Origin: Schmidtea polychroa
Lineage: Eukaryota
DNA: 64,000 bases
Assembly: GCA_044892525.1 (NCBI GenBank)
Contig: CM097885.1
Span: 237,648,001 to 237,712,000, forward strand
Direction: 5' to 3'
The translations under genes were made by a program, and so were the position numbers. The notes below the pieces were generated by a model. That model saw only the letters and a list, made by a program, of their open reading frames with translations, did no database searches and had not been told where the DNA came from. Shown here piece by piece: positions 19,201 to 25,263 of the stretch (the stretch's first letter is position 1; each line of letters starts with the position of its first letter).

Positions 19201-20086
19201 CATTATTGACTTGGTTGTTTGTGGTTGTTGCTGTTGCCGCTGGAGCTGCTGGAGCTGCTGTCATTGCTGCTACTTGTATTGGTGTTAAGTAGGTTTCACA
19301 TTTGTTAGCGATTTTTAGTGCTTCTTCCAGCGTCTCTGGTGCTCGGCATCCCAAGGTTGCTCGTATATCCTCTCGTTTCATGCCATCTACGAATACGGCT
19401 ATTATTTTGTCTTCCGGAACTGGTTGATTTGAATCGAAGGCTTCTCGTGCTAGTCGTCTCAATTCGCATGCGTACAGTGCGTTGGATTCGTTATATTTCT
19501 GCTTTCGATGCAGAAAGTCTAACATTTTTCGATTTCCCTCTTTTTCGGTACCGAATGTTTTTATTAAAAATTCCTTGATCTCTTTCCACGTTCTCAACTT
19601 AGTTGCATCACATTTCGCCTCCAAGTATACATCTTGGGCGCTTCCCTTTAGATATAGGGGTATTCGTTCTCGTACGACTATGTCTGGCCAGTGACATATC
19701 GTAATGTATACTTCGAATTCCTTTATAAACGTTTCCAGCTGGTTTATATTTCCATCGAATGGCTCTCCTCGAAATTTCTCTCTGAATTCTCCAATGTTGA
19801 CGTGCACATTACTTGTTTCCGGTGGGTCCGTTAGCCCTGTTACATTTGGAATTCCGTCTGTCATTATTTCTTGACACAAAATTGTTATATTGGTTGACTC
19901 TGAACTATTTCCTTCCTCGTCTGATGATTCAATGTCACTTATCGGATCTAGTTCGGTTCGTTTAAGATCGTCGCTGTTCTCAAATTCGTTTGTTAAACTG
20001 TCTGATTCAAATACTGTTTCTACTGATGCTGGCTTCCTGTGTAGTTTTCTGTTGGTCTTGGCCTTTTGTATCTCTTCCTTTTCCAA
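5798..20086 (-). CDS. Single-frame Gag-accessory-Env-Pol-accessory polyprotein (~4700 aa); first in-frame ATG at 19864, the track start at 20086 is TTG
   Basis: Uninterrupted 14.3 kb frame containing capsid, CCHC, DTGA protease, YIDD RT, RNase H, HHCC/DDE integrase and extra domains. Confidence 0.97.
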   Translation of the reverse strand: MEKEEIQKAKTNRKLHRKPASVETVFESDSLTNEFENSDDLKRTELDPISDIESSDEEGNSSESTNITILCQEIMTDGIPNVTGLTDPPETSNVHVNIGEFREKFRGEPFDGNINQLETFIKEFEVYITICHWPDIVVRERIPLYLKGSAQDVYLEAKCDATKLRTWKEIKEFLIKTFGTEKEGNRKMLDFLHRKQKYNESNALYACELRRLAREAFDSNQPVPEDKIIAVFVDGMKREDIRATLGCRAPETLEEALKIANKCETYLTPIQVAAMTAAPAAPAATATTTNNQVNNANPVMNQFIPGSQQLFKTPQTRNQNNGGNIQNFTNNFRNNDINNRTCNICQRPGHWSNECYKARMCQKCGRRGHTENVCRGPMMSMSRGGTRTCYNCNQPGHMARECTMRTKPNQPGSNNPVQNTQINLMQEIEQLKDMILRIPTNNQQQRINMMQSTEEIRNQPSKQQQDQQRVEWQRLQNEEAREIQERWKQREANPGRINMMRLTNKEESHTAEQCVNNDGSEPIINKEIKTTKENEIDPRTELSSEEKIQLIKEFTKEEKERRQKRDESKDEPKSNEIVTKNRIQRVLLQKIEDRIKNENPTLTEEQIKEKVKEHWFRKNEWFEKKEPHTKAKINMLRQMRSDQTDQEDEKSEVSSLGGELFQSSEENNEPKTPPNSETPQSSEESENDDMKSMIEKDEEEIFEEILDTVTEIERNESYINELTYRKCLKFITQVYQCEGGIITAAWKDLATKYKEKLKEAGPDQYQVSIQHPEIQIQTIELKGTNTDELYNWVQEKMGTSHKNKQLYVDGYKVKMGIHLVDAMIWPNETNILTLEKTRDDDSVAEMFKKIQQVFNNEVEPELEKIERKIMKENQIILVKQAIDQTRKYINRLRERWPQLMKQFVKDVRDTEIMRFEDKRATELISKYGEYERTKCEHETIKIKVKLPNEEKQIIEVNPDCQVDELVQIIDQEIIQKARENSEDGMIEDVIIMYNRHMLERGDRTVIYELGIWEDGAVINIIAMDEPSGGHKNATKTEQQIKRFQWGMRVKMDRIIDIYNHWLKDDKLKVAAFNDEDCKLIPWKKVWIESEARWDWEQQKLEPNWIDNIPEEIAAVWVREKPIDTYQDILPQESQNELPSGEDEEIREPVRLAPFTWKIENWMEKIKSAKEEKITRLVSPPFYSGLGEYKMKLRIYPNGDGIGKGNYVSAFFAICKGNYDDKVPWPFSRKVTIAIEPLKDSLNMHKETWKPDPRSACYQRPTTSENIASGTPKLIRLSYIENEQSKFVKNNAIQIRVEVETEQEMNQRLNIPENQPRICMMRRRVSDSGHLPIDADADEEEAATLLEAQKCKELMEILQNGAKNRRRAVVELAKWIAESCKRIQNLRKIVKAIEEYRRVYVWYPEQFGEIIRKWKQQEWAENSPEKYQLKIFMPDCEPMEKEFYTTAKVREVKKRIPYELPFHLQHEGRSLDDDIEIGVTPLQGEIVNRLTVSKIAGRELRRREIKQKSSTQQPGSLDTPEVPNAVSEVTIETTGEDEILDELQEIVEAGEIMRASQSGDLFIDEGEPTTDDLDGFVCAQRQPVETTEVETDLDNVERGANKDVTTTDEWSNWRVDPGATTSKDTTYNPPKRKETGTAMDRRTRGRPKTDKAEIEPKSKVQAQMEQVKTKMDKLSALVKQVKVKTSVREQGTRWINDLLANMLALANPEVKRVMRKDNIPTEAKQLWAVLKPIIMKIMDNKIRLTLKDPVELRLIVEHLLSRSEDQNRFLVGLAYLVYNVIGQYKKRMPKYNATGYEFTVTEIIKRSIEPYILEQGGWRSFIESTGKKDQTEMMQAKLRDLLTEFEGTININDPRASRKGMNAIITTILIWMMCIKGTESFAVYDCDNIKIHEKYSLKDTEDCKAANPRKLQTVMASVSYNVYQEADFIKTMVQECTVTRKIFAHHCGSSSHSTIIEPGLESTVILLSREECEEGFRSGRIHLRQGIEIAAEPGKIKTTRVYTAGRITKGDGTCETGTYTLNGQLVSGVVVIESYEAKLEKYQGYFDPDTQAMKKYPSCLASDRSCSTGMSTLVYHADQKVCRLMLLKTAIFEEIQGKVYSEPKGEAERRAMEELRARKGFREDVITSKLESEVTPTAIISKDDGIGMRFIKNKMVSKCDEMVISTNYKGIYLSRRTLANAVGRLSEKDVKLYLYANNKMDFLYHRGLTSTEKVYHDLLRNDCLLNKEILRTKLAMAITNPDNAIPLLPLQEGYFGRIVGEVMYTYQCKKIMARLPENPTIPRDKCANELEIIHEGKPRFVQAVTRIMNPVGFQPNLFNCSNAYGPMYEKEDGQWVQFPSKTIVVTPKKFGLTELTTELEFKPIDVSQSGLYTPKDLESARAHMLFPAHRQAILSNIVTISGGNNYGESPNYELLLSPSHYQQATANMMKAMWGRFLVFGQMMAGILGIILIIQIVRVILTQMLACFDIYKRERKVNWKLAIGFLPFLAKTMVLHGHSKDIHRIKRLLKILTQMKGTDEEVGRKFKVIMRLEAERTQEKAKRTGKWKKWMNLRRDDDSDNDNDDFNDDDNNQGGAMLINKNTATWENEKMKPWGSPYSQTPYLQAPTNGPMRRPGTMRERIRMGTGRLPIPNIYPTAYEPNWAAMDPTMIKQAKSVEQEVETRTIAVLQTPAGPSLTITVEVNGIEMDAMIDTGANISAINMNMLPGRLWPCIEETTMDVITCSKQSIAVVGRVWSTIEYKGVKVTTYLAVIRQLSVSCIIGTDVMPELLKEIVIDLSSMKLKDKTGQICTMRTEVRCSEKMIIPARTQTICYVKVDNEAKGDMIFEPSQKFEKRRELPLAREIVSINEDNEIPINITNFDEEDKVIYENERLGKLTPMMNIELPEIKSEGADEKELWTIDSELLNKDEKEQLRQLLIEFKDIFAASDLDLGTSDVTQHIIPLTDETPITLRPYRLAEAQKTVAEEEVQKMLDAGVIEPSCSPWQFPVVMVKKKDGTQRFCIDYRRLNAVTKRDTYPLPDINEMLQMLHGAAYFTSLDLKSGYWQIKVKEEDREKTAFTIGKDLYQFKKMPFGLTNAPASFQRCMNFVTHGIKQCMVYIDDLLIYSGTFEQHLIDIRNVFIRLKQWKLKLKPSKCDWAKERVTFLGHIVSAKGKEPDPRNVEKIKNCPIPKTVTQVQEFLGLCGYYRKFIKNYATIAKPIQELTKKDTPFLWEREQQIAFESLRDKLIASPILIHPDFKKPFLLATDASGYASGAVLGQWDEEKRERVIGYYSKTFKKHEKNYSVTEREALAIIQAIKHFKYLLWGHEIIITTDHQPLVWLGQHKEASSRLMRWAMQLQEYSPYIKFKSGKANANADCMSRFVFEELMDHDVRRICLIIAEDIDFTNLKNEQKEDNELKLIIEFLEKNDMKIFNNDDRLKEHMEKNRHRYTIEKGWLLVMDGDKRLMCLPESRRKAIMIQYHDGKLGGHMSAKKTEARLKQKYYWPNMSDDVKEWIKNCLICATRKTTGSKLKPPLKPMPIPPKPMTMIAMDVVGPLPETNSGNVYILVITDYLTKFPEAFAMPDQKARTVARILVEEICCRYGTPKQILTDQGTNFMSEIINEVTNYFRIAKLRTSPYHPQTNGQTERFNGILIDMMSNYVSKHQKDWDEYIKLCLMAYRMSIHSATKMSPFKLMYGRECNMPMDLEYQPPISQYMEIDDYVTKFKERMQEIWKTAGMNIRFNQESYKELHDKKKNVQNHQFKIGDWVIIETPELIPGTAKKLQRNGRGPYEIIYVNENNARVKLVNNPLIRPIYVNTCRCKAVAKTATKDPETRRIITRSQTNATTEPEVSGRLTRSQTRRIFMLRGETSSSAHKGTEAESEADAMARSQATWNMTIKIAREIVPEWADITNKYQVLGKLMLVAERYAKGRRYAEGLQIPTQIYELIRRLPIMFLTSDLSNNWPIHHAVKAGQEKRALEIIRIMENCKQSTNVKNSKGKTPLMKAIAIGASRDVLRELLRTGSTLKEKDNKQRTVLRYAVRSKRPSIVNFITGNATTEEAEVLGQSIEPILEAIRGNLDRTAAILIKWKQNELRAEVIDINQFQNNENIVLRSAIYSRPPMPKTIKAILQRNRTELTGNWWECTKTHAMKKQLEILVWEWHRKQRKYQGTKEERESIHNDKKEIIKKYEEMIKAANVEDDIFRKTPGERNDDDDDDERMGDNDNNPEENDREQNPEGGETTSDDEELEEDEEDQCRGEDQGFDKTENKKRKSPLHSIVCRNQIQPILLQRIFIILTSICLTETKNMRIVREASQEGEVFMIKVSDYDGNAVGICVQLMEGTGVSCDFRSITKGKIFSSQKRDPRLCGDYDICRDISTEEMELERANETGVHFQLNILEEGIEIEDKGSRSITHVCIREDRDICIITDMTQDHKFFWGEVKPNTPTVVCAGTQGIVVCKGTRTAPRKDKPKSMAMKQDPLRGITTKKPNKSVSTKTTTEQNQTELITTTTWINEVIKDERREVQITINLNKKGEEVITVKNQEGEPIIRICVMDKTGIIDCTTTPIDKGTDVKMETGKRKERYQVCILKKGRGTSVCQPITRQKPQLINIPWIPRDQEGGEKRENHSHLTEKEKERLHQAFKKIKAPETNTTGSTILTTEKTNNGTTIITKMIWITSAIVSTIIALAMIQWIRTTKRCKQKPRNQRKWPKVEKFEYGIPTENLNLEEYEVVEDPGSSGLWMSELPRIPTPNEWTHEVDIYRITDERYGGMRTLHSGPMATLV
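7900..8260 (-). other. Ankyrin repeats in the polyprotein, downstream of integrase
   Basis: WPIHHAVKAG; NVKNSKGKTPLMKAI; KDNKQRTVLRYAV. Confidence 0.85.
8690..9950 (-). other. Integrase (HHCC, DDE core, GPY/F)
   Basis: HDGKLGGH...CLIC; MDVVGP; TDQGTNF; TNGQTERFN; RGPYEI. Confidence 0.96.
9970..11330 (-). other. Reverse transcriptase and RNase H (Gypsy type)
   Basis: RFCIDYRRLN, LDLKSGYWQI, MPFGLTNAPASFQR, YIDD (about 10787-10798); TDASG, EREALAII, TDHQPL, NANADCMSR. Confidence 0.98.
11730..12080 (-). other. Retropepsin aspartic protease
   Basis: AMIDTGANISAI (DTG at 12008-12016) and CIIGTD flap/helix motif. Confidence 0.95.
12600..14509 (-). other. Envelope-like glycoprotein embedded upstream of the protease; Cys/motif pattern resembles chuvirus and related gB-like class III fusogens
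   Basis: Internal signal sequence MNAIITTILIWMMCIKGTES then FAVYDC..YSL..EDC, ECTV.R..HHCG..SHS, GEVMYTYQC, CANEL..FV..TRI, GLYT; TM FLVFGQMMAGILGIILIIQIVRVIL. Confidence 0.8.
14620..15010 (-). other. Bcl-2-like domain in the polyprotein
   Basis: BH2-like IEPYILEQGGWRSF preceded by a helical region with degenerate BH1 (EHLL...QNRFLVGLAY). Confidence 0.65.
15600..17800 (-). other. Three ubiquitin-like (beta-grasp) segments (~17580-17800, ~17000-17270, ~15600-15815) and a TRAF-type MATH domain (~16190-16635)
   Basis: UBL patterns e.g. IKIKVKLPNEEKQIIEVNPDCQVDEL...IMYNRHMLE...YELGI...PSGG; MATH FTWKIENW...SPPFY...YKMKLRIYPNGDG...WPF. Confidence 0.75.
18880..19780 (-). other. Gag capsid and three CCHC zinc knuckles
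   Basis: PFDG...YLKGSA...W.EIKEFLIKTFG...Q..NES; CNICQRPGHWSNEC, CQKCGRRGHTENVC, CYNCNQPGHMAREC. Confidence 0.95.
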
Positions 20087-20844
20087 TAAACTGAGGTTTC
20101 CTTTACTTTTTCGCCTCGTTCGGTTAGCTATGCTATCAATTTTTCCTCCTTTTAATATCCTTTGATAAATTTTCTACTTTGTCAATCGAGCTCGATGTTT
20201 TCTAAGTATTTTTCTCGCTTTAATCTTTACGATTCTCTAACTCTTCTTGGATTTGGTTTTATTAATTTCCTTGATTCTTCGCTTCTAATTGATTTCTCTA
20301 TATCTCTTGATTTCTATTGCTTTCTTGATTTCTTTGATTTCTTTCTGAATTGTTTGCTTTATTCTAAAATAATTAACACCTCTAGTACATATCATAAATT
20401 CTCTTTATTAAACCCTTCATTTACTTTCCCTTTTCCCTTTATTTTACTGTCCCTTCGCTTCAAATTTTCTAGCTTTTCTACACTTCTCGCTATTCGCCCC
20501 ATTTTGATTTTAAGTTAATTTTAAATTATCTATAACTCGTATCAATTATCTATATAGTCGTATCAATTATCTATCCCTTTTATTATTATCATAGAAATAT
20601 AATATTAATCACATAAATATCAAAATAAACATATCATTAATAAATAAAATTCAATAATTCAACTACTATCTATTCGTTCGCTTTTCCCCATCCAAAAACT
20701 GGTTTAATTTTCGCTTGCGCCGGCGCTTTATCATAATTCTCCTCTACTCATTACATATTTATCGCACTTAATCTATTTCAGTTTAATCAATTTCATAGTT
20801 AATCATTGATGCTTTGGTTCGCGCGACCTCTACATCCACCTTTA

Positions 20845-21820
20845 TTTACCATCGGCTCTCTGGCCGGTTTGTTCAACTCCTTTATTTTCATTTAAATCAT
20901 TTCACTCAATTACCATCGGCTCCTTGGCCGGTTTAATCAACTCATTTTAATCTCATGAAGTCTTTTACGACTCCTAGACGCCTGGGCTTTTACACCATTA
21001 CGCCATATAATCTACTATTACCCCTCAACGCTTTGGTTTGTTAGACCTCCGCGTCGGCATCGGCTTCCGGCCGGTTTAATCAAAATTGAAGTCTTTTACG
21101 ACTCCTAGACGCCTGGGCTTTTACACCATTACGCCGTATTCGCGGTCTTCGGTCCCTGACCGGTTTCAAATGCCCTAAATGAGGTTTCTTCAACCCCCAG
21201 ACGCCTTCGGTTTTAACACCTACTATCGTCCCTACCGCGATTAAATTGAGTTGACAGTTGACTTTCGGGCTAATCAAAAATTCGAGGCTCCTCCTACTCC
21301 AACTCTTAATCTGCTGAGGCCTCACAACTGGCTCAATTCTTGGCCGCTTATTGAAAAGAGTCTAATACCGGTAACTCTAATCTCATCGCCGTTTCACTGG
21401 GCCTATCGGTACTCGGTGTGGGCATCCGGGTTTTGTACCGACCCCTGCTAGCAATAATCACGAAGAAAAACATCCTATCTATCAGGATTTAAAAAACACG
21501 GAAATGCCTAATCGCCTTGATCGTGATTCTCAAAAGTGATGAACCAGATCTCCCGACTAGTGAAGCTAAAAGGAAATTGGGTATGCAGTTGACTCTCGGT
21601 CTCCCGCCTCACAACTGGTCCAATCTTGGTTGCCTGTTGAGTATGAGTCCTTTACCGGTTGACTCGCATCTCACAACCGTTTCACTGGGCTCCTTGATAC
21701 TCGGTGTAGGTAACTGGGTCTCTCTCGCTCGCTACCCTTCCGGGTTTTTGTATCAAGTCCCGCTAGCAACTCAAAAAAGTGCGCCCAATACTCGGTGTGG
21801 CATCCGGGTTTTTGTATTGG
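20845..21820. repeat. GC-richer direct repeats in the 5' leader
   Basis: 48 bp GAAGTCTTTTACGACTCCTAGACGCCTGGGCTTTTACACCATTACGCC at ~20957 and ~21089; CATCGGCT..GGCCGGTTT three times; ~200 bp diverged duplication ~21255-21455 vs ~21586-21770. Confidence 0.85.
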
Positions 21821-22542
21821 GTGATCCAGCATCATCAGTCCCTTGGCCGATAATCTCCTGGACACTACAGTCCGGTGGTTAGCCGCTGTACTCGGGTGCC
21901 TCATCACTCGCTAGGGAAAAATCATTATTCTCATCTGATTTGAAGTCCAAAAACGGTTTCTTCAAATCCGCAGCTGCTCTCGGATTAAATTTTTAACATT
22001 TAGCGCGCGTTTTTCAATTTTTATTTTATTTTTCTATTTTTATTCACCCTTTTAGTTAGTCCCCGTCTCCCAGACAAAAAAATATAATAATCGCGTTGGT
22101 TCGTTTCCCACAAGTGGTGATCAGTCACTGGACAGAAACTCCCCAACATTTGCGATGGATCCTACTACATTCTCTCATCAGGGTGATCAGGATTTCCCCA
22201 TCCGGGCAAGTGTCGTAAGGACGATTCACTTGTCATCCCCTCATTATCGTATCTCTTTATGCCAAAATAACAAACAGGAAGAAAAGAAAATTGGAAATAA
22301 AAATCGTACTGATCTTAGCGATCAGCTCATTCATACGACTATGATCAGTCCTGCATTCAACTTTGATTTTAGTTCTAATTGCTGTGTTGCTTGTCTATTT
22401 ATTTAACGTATTTTGTGTCCTTTATATGTCTATGTTCATCGTATGTTTTACACCTTTCGGTTGCTATAATGGATTTTTAATATAATTTACTAATTTTATC
22501 ACTTCATATTCATTCACAAGAAATTTATTTGACAACATCTCC

Positions 22543-23025
22543 TTATGGGAGGTATATTACAATTTTCTCTCTAACATTCGTATCGCATACGTTGCATCGT
22601 TTAATTTTCTCTGCGCAATTCTCGCAGTAGCATAAATGACCACATGGAATCGTCATTACTCGTATTTCATTGGTTCTGCATATGAAGCATTTTCTAAAAT
22701 CTTTAACTTGATGTTCGATTGCTTCTTTAATTTCTTCCTCGATCGTTTCCATTTTTATCATTATCTCCTGCCATTTGATGTTAAATTTGGCATTATCTAA
22801 TCGTAAATTTTGAAGTTGATAAACTCTTTTAGTGGTCAATTCTGCATTAGGTGTCGCTATTTTCATCATTATACATATTTCCTCAGCTTGCGGTCTTGGA
22901 TTCAAGCTCATCTCATCTTGGATTTTTATTAACTGGTCCGCTTTGCGATTTAGCCGTTGTAACGAATTGTGTGTTAAATCTACGAATTTTCCGAGTCTCT
23001 TTGTAATGTAGCCGGTTGATTCCAT
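22543..23025 (-). CDS. 160 aa coiled-coil plus IAP-type RING protein between PBS and gag
   Basis: CFIC...IPCGHLCYCENC...CNVC at the extreme C-terminus. Confidence 0.88.
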   Translation of the reverse strand: MESTGYITKRLGKFVDLTHNSLQRLNRKADQLIKIQDEMSLNPRPQAEEICIMMKIATPNAELTTKRVYQLQNLRLDNAKFNIKWQEIMIKMETIEEEIKEAIEHQVKDFRKCFICRTNEIRVMTIPCGHLCYCENCAEKIKRCNVCDTNVREKIVIYLP

Positions 23026-23400
23026 CTAATTAAGATTTATTAATTAAAGTTCTCTTTTTATTAATATTCCGCGTCATTTTTCCCCCTTTATCGTTTTTCC
23101 CCCTAATATCCAGAATACTTTATTTTATTAGTGCTTCGATAAACCTTTACATTCTACTTATTATCCTTAACAACCCCGTCTCCCTCTGTTTAATGCTCTA
23201 TTCCGCGCACATTTCTTTCATGATCTTGTGATTTTATTACAATCGTTTTAATTATATATAACTCATATCCCATTCCTTATCGCCATATTTTACACGTTTT
23301 CTGATTAAGTTTAATTTCATTGTTCATTTGTTCTATCTTTATTAGCGTGCTATCCCCCCTTTTCCCTATTTTTAAATTTTTATTATTTCCTTATATTTAC

Positions 23401-23538
23401 ATTTTATTAATCGTTGCTATTTACAATTTTATTATAATTTGTTTTCGTTTTAATTTTCGTTTATCCTCAATTTTATTAATCGTTGCTATTTACAATTTTA
23501 TTATAATTTGTTTTCGTTTTAATTTTCGTTTATCCTCA
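23401..23538. repeat. Perfect 69 bp tandem duplication
   Basis: ATTTTATTAATCGTTGCTATTTAC...TTATCCTCA twice. Confidence 0.95.
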
Positions 23539-23793
23539 TTCATTCTATTACTAAGTTATTCGTACAGCATTCTCATACCCACTTTCAATACATTCATATG
23601 TCGTCATACTTTAAAACTTCCATCACTCATTTAGACATTCTACATACATTTTATCATATTCGCATATCCATATACTAAGTTTAAGCGCTTGGGAAAACAA
23701 CCTGCTCGGTCTTGAATGCATATCACTTTATATCCGCTTTTACTCTCTCTATTATATCTATTCTCGGGTTCTTTCACCAATTAAATTTTCAAT

Positions 23794-23811
23794 ATCCCGG
23801 CTGAGCCCCCA
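23794..23811 (-). promoter_or_regulatory. Primer binding site, tRNA-Pro
   Basis: Minus strand TGGGGGCTCAGCCGGGAT, 16/18 identical to the canonical Pro PBS TGGGGGCTCGTCCGGGAT; 4 nt after the LTR-terminal CA. Confidence 0.92.
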
Positions 23812-24217
23812 AATTTGTATGGTGGGTTACTGGTGGTTGAATGATTTAGTGCTGTTACCAGCGTAACCCAAAATACAACATTGTTTTTCCGCTTGGTACC
23901 CGTTGAGTGATCAACGTTGGTACTGTACCAAGGGTTGAGTACTCGCAAAAAGTGAGCGCATCAAAGCACTATAGTTGTCGAGTACTCCGTGGGTTCACGG
24001 ACTACCGATAGAAGGTGTGTGTCCGATTTCTCAGGTCCCTTTATCAAAATTGTTTTCCCAACCTTATGCACAAACTCTCATTTCCCAGGCAATCATAAAC
24101 TGTACTAGTCATTATTTTATCACTACAAAACGTGCAGTATTTTAACAAGGAACATATTATTTGAAGACTACCACAATACATAAAAATACTACAAAACACC
24201 TAAAACCGAATATAAGT

Positions 24218-24688
24218 TCAAACAGGCTTATTGGTAGGACTGGCCAATTTCGTCGCAGCTGCTAGTGACAAATTTGCTTGTCGCTCGTATTCGGCCAGTC
24301 TAGCTTTCTTCAATTTTTCCCGAATATTTCGGCCTAACCGCTTTCTTTTGGGTTTCTCTTTCGCGGCCGGGGGGTATATTGCTGCTAGTTCCACGGTCAA
24401 CGGCCGGATTTGGCTTATGGCGGCTCCGTGAACTACTTGTTCATTGCGTTCGGTTTTTAACGCGCGGAGCTGGAGTTTCAGTGCCCGGATCTCCATCTGA
24501 TCCTGCGCAGCTTGCGTCTGCAGTTGAAGGACCTGCGCCACCTTCTTTTTCATATCCTCGGGACTAAACCAGGTGCTTTCTAGTTCCCGGCACCGTCCCT
24601 TGAGCTTGTCTACTCGTATGCGGAGCTCCTCGGACTGTTTTTGAGCTTCTGCCCTATCTCTTCGCAGATTTTCCAATAGTTTGAACAC
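24218..24688 (-). CDS. LTR-encoded coiled-coil ORF with basic NLS-like motif; no ATG, probably a spliced exon
   Basis: 156-codon GC-richer frame, KPKRKR motif; begins at acceptor-like TTTATCTAG. Confidence 0.65.
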   Translation of the reverse strand: MFKLLENLRRDRAEAQKQSEELRIRVDKLKGRCRELESTWFSPEDMKKKVAQVLQLQTQAAQDQMEIRALKLQLRALKTERNEQVVHGAAISQIRPLTVELAAIYPPAAKEKPKRKRLGRNIREKLKKARLAEYERQANLSLAAATKLASPTNKPV

Positions 24689-24897
24689 TAGATAAATTCA
24701 ACGATTATATTCTTGCAGCATACTATTCATTCAATTATAAAATAAAATCAATATTATAAGTAAACATAGTTTCGGATGTTAAGCACGCAATACACAAGAT
24801 GATTTATTAAAAGGACTGAAATAATTATCACTAAAATCAAAGTTTAATAAAGTCACAACTGAATGATAATTTGCAAAAACAAAATTTTGACGATGAG

Positions 24898-25263
24898 TCA
24901 GTTCAGTCGCTTGCGAGGCCTTCCCCTCTTCTGCGGGGTTGCCTCGGCCTCTTCTAGGTCCTCCACGGTTTTTCCCTCTTTTTCTGCTTGGATTTGTAGC
25001 TCGATCTTCTTGAGTCGCATCTGAGCTGCTTCTACCTCGATGGCCGCTCGGTCGCGGGCCTCTTGCAAAAAATCGTTTGTGGGCTCTGTTTTTACCCACG
25101 CCGGAGCGTCCGGCTCCGGCCCACTCCTGATTACTGGGCCAAAGTTGTCGAGGTCCAAACCCCGATTCCAATCATGGATACGGTGCCATATGTACCGTGT
25201 ACGGAGTCTGGTAAGCATCTGTCGGTCGGCTTCTTCGTGGCTATCGCTGTCAGAGTAGGACAT
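24898..25263 (-). CDS. LTR-encoded 121 aa protein with C-terminal AT-hook
   Basis: KRGRPRK motif; RLR.R.IW.RIHDW block shared with the ORF at 35715-36185. Confidence 0.8.
   Translation of the reverse strand: MSYSDSDSHEEADRQMLTRLRTRYIWHRIHDWNRGLDLDNFGPVIRSGPEPDAPAWVKTEPTNDFLQEARDRAAIEVEAAQMRLKKIELQIQAEKEGKTVEDLEEAEATPQKRGRPRKRLN

Noticed and set aside
21825..22185. CTGATGA motifs on the minus strand of the leader (~21832, ~22175) as hammerhead cores
   Set aside because: No stem II followed by GAAA could be built
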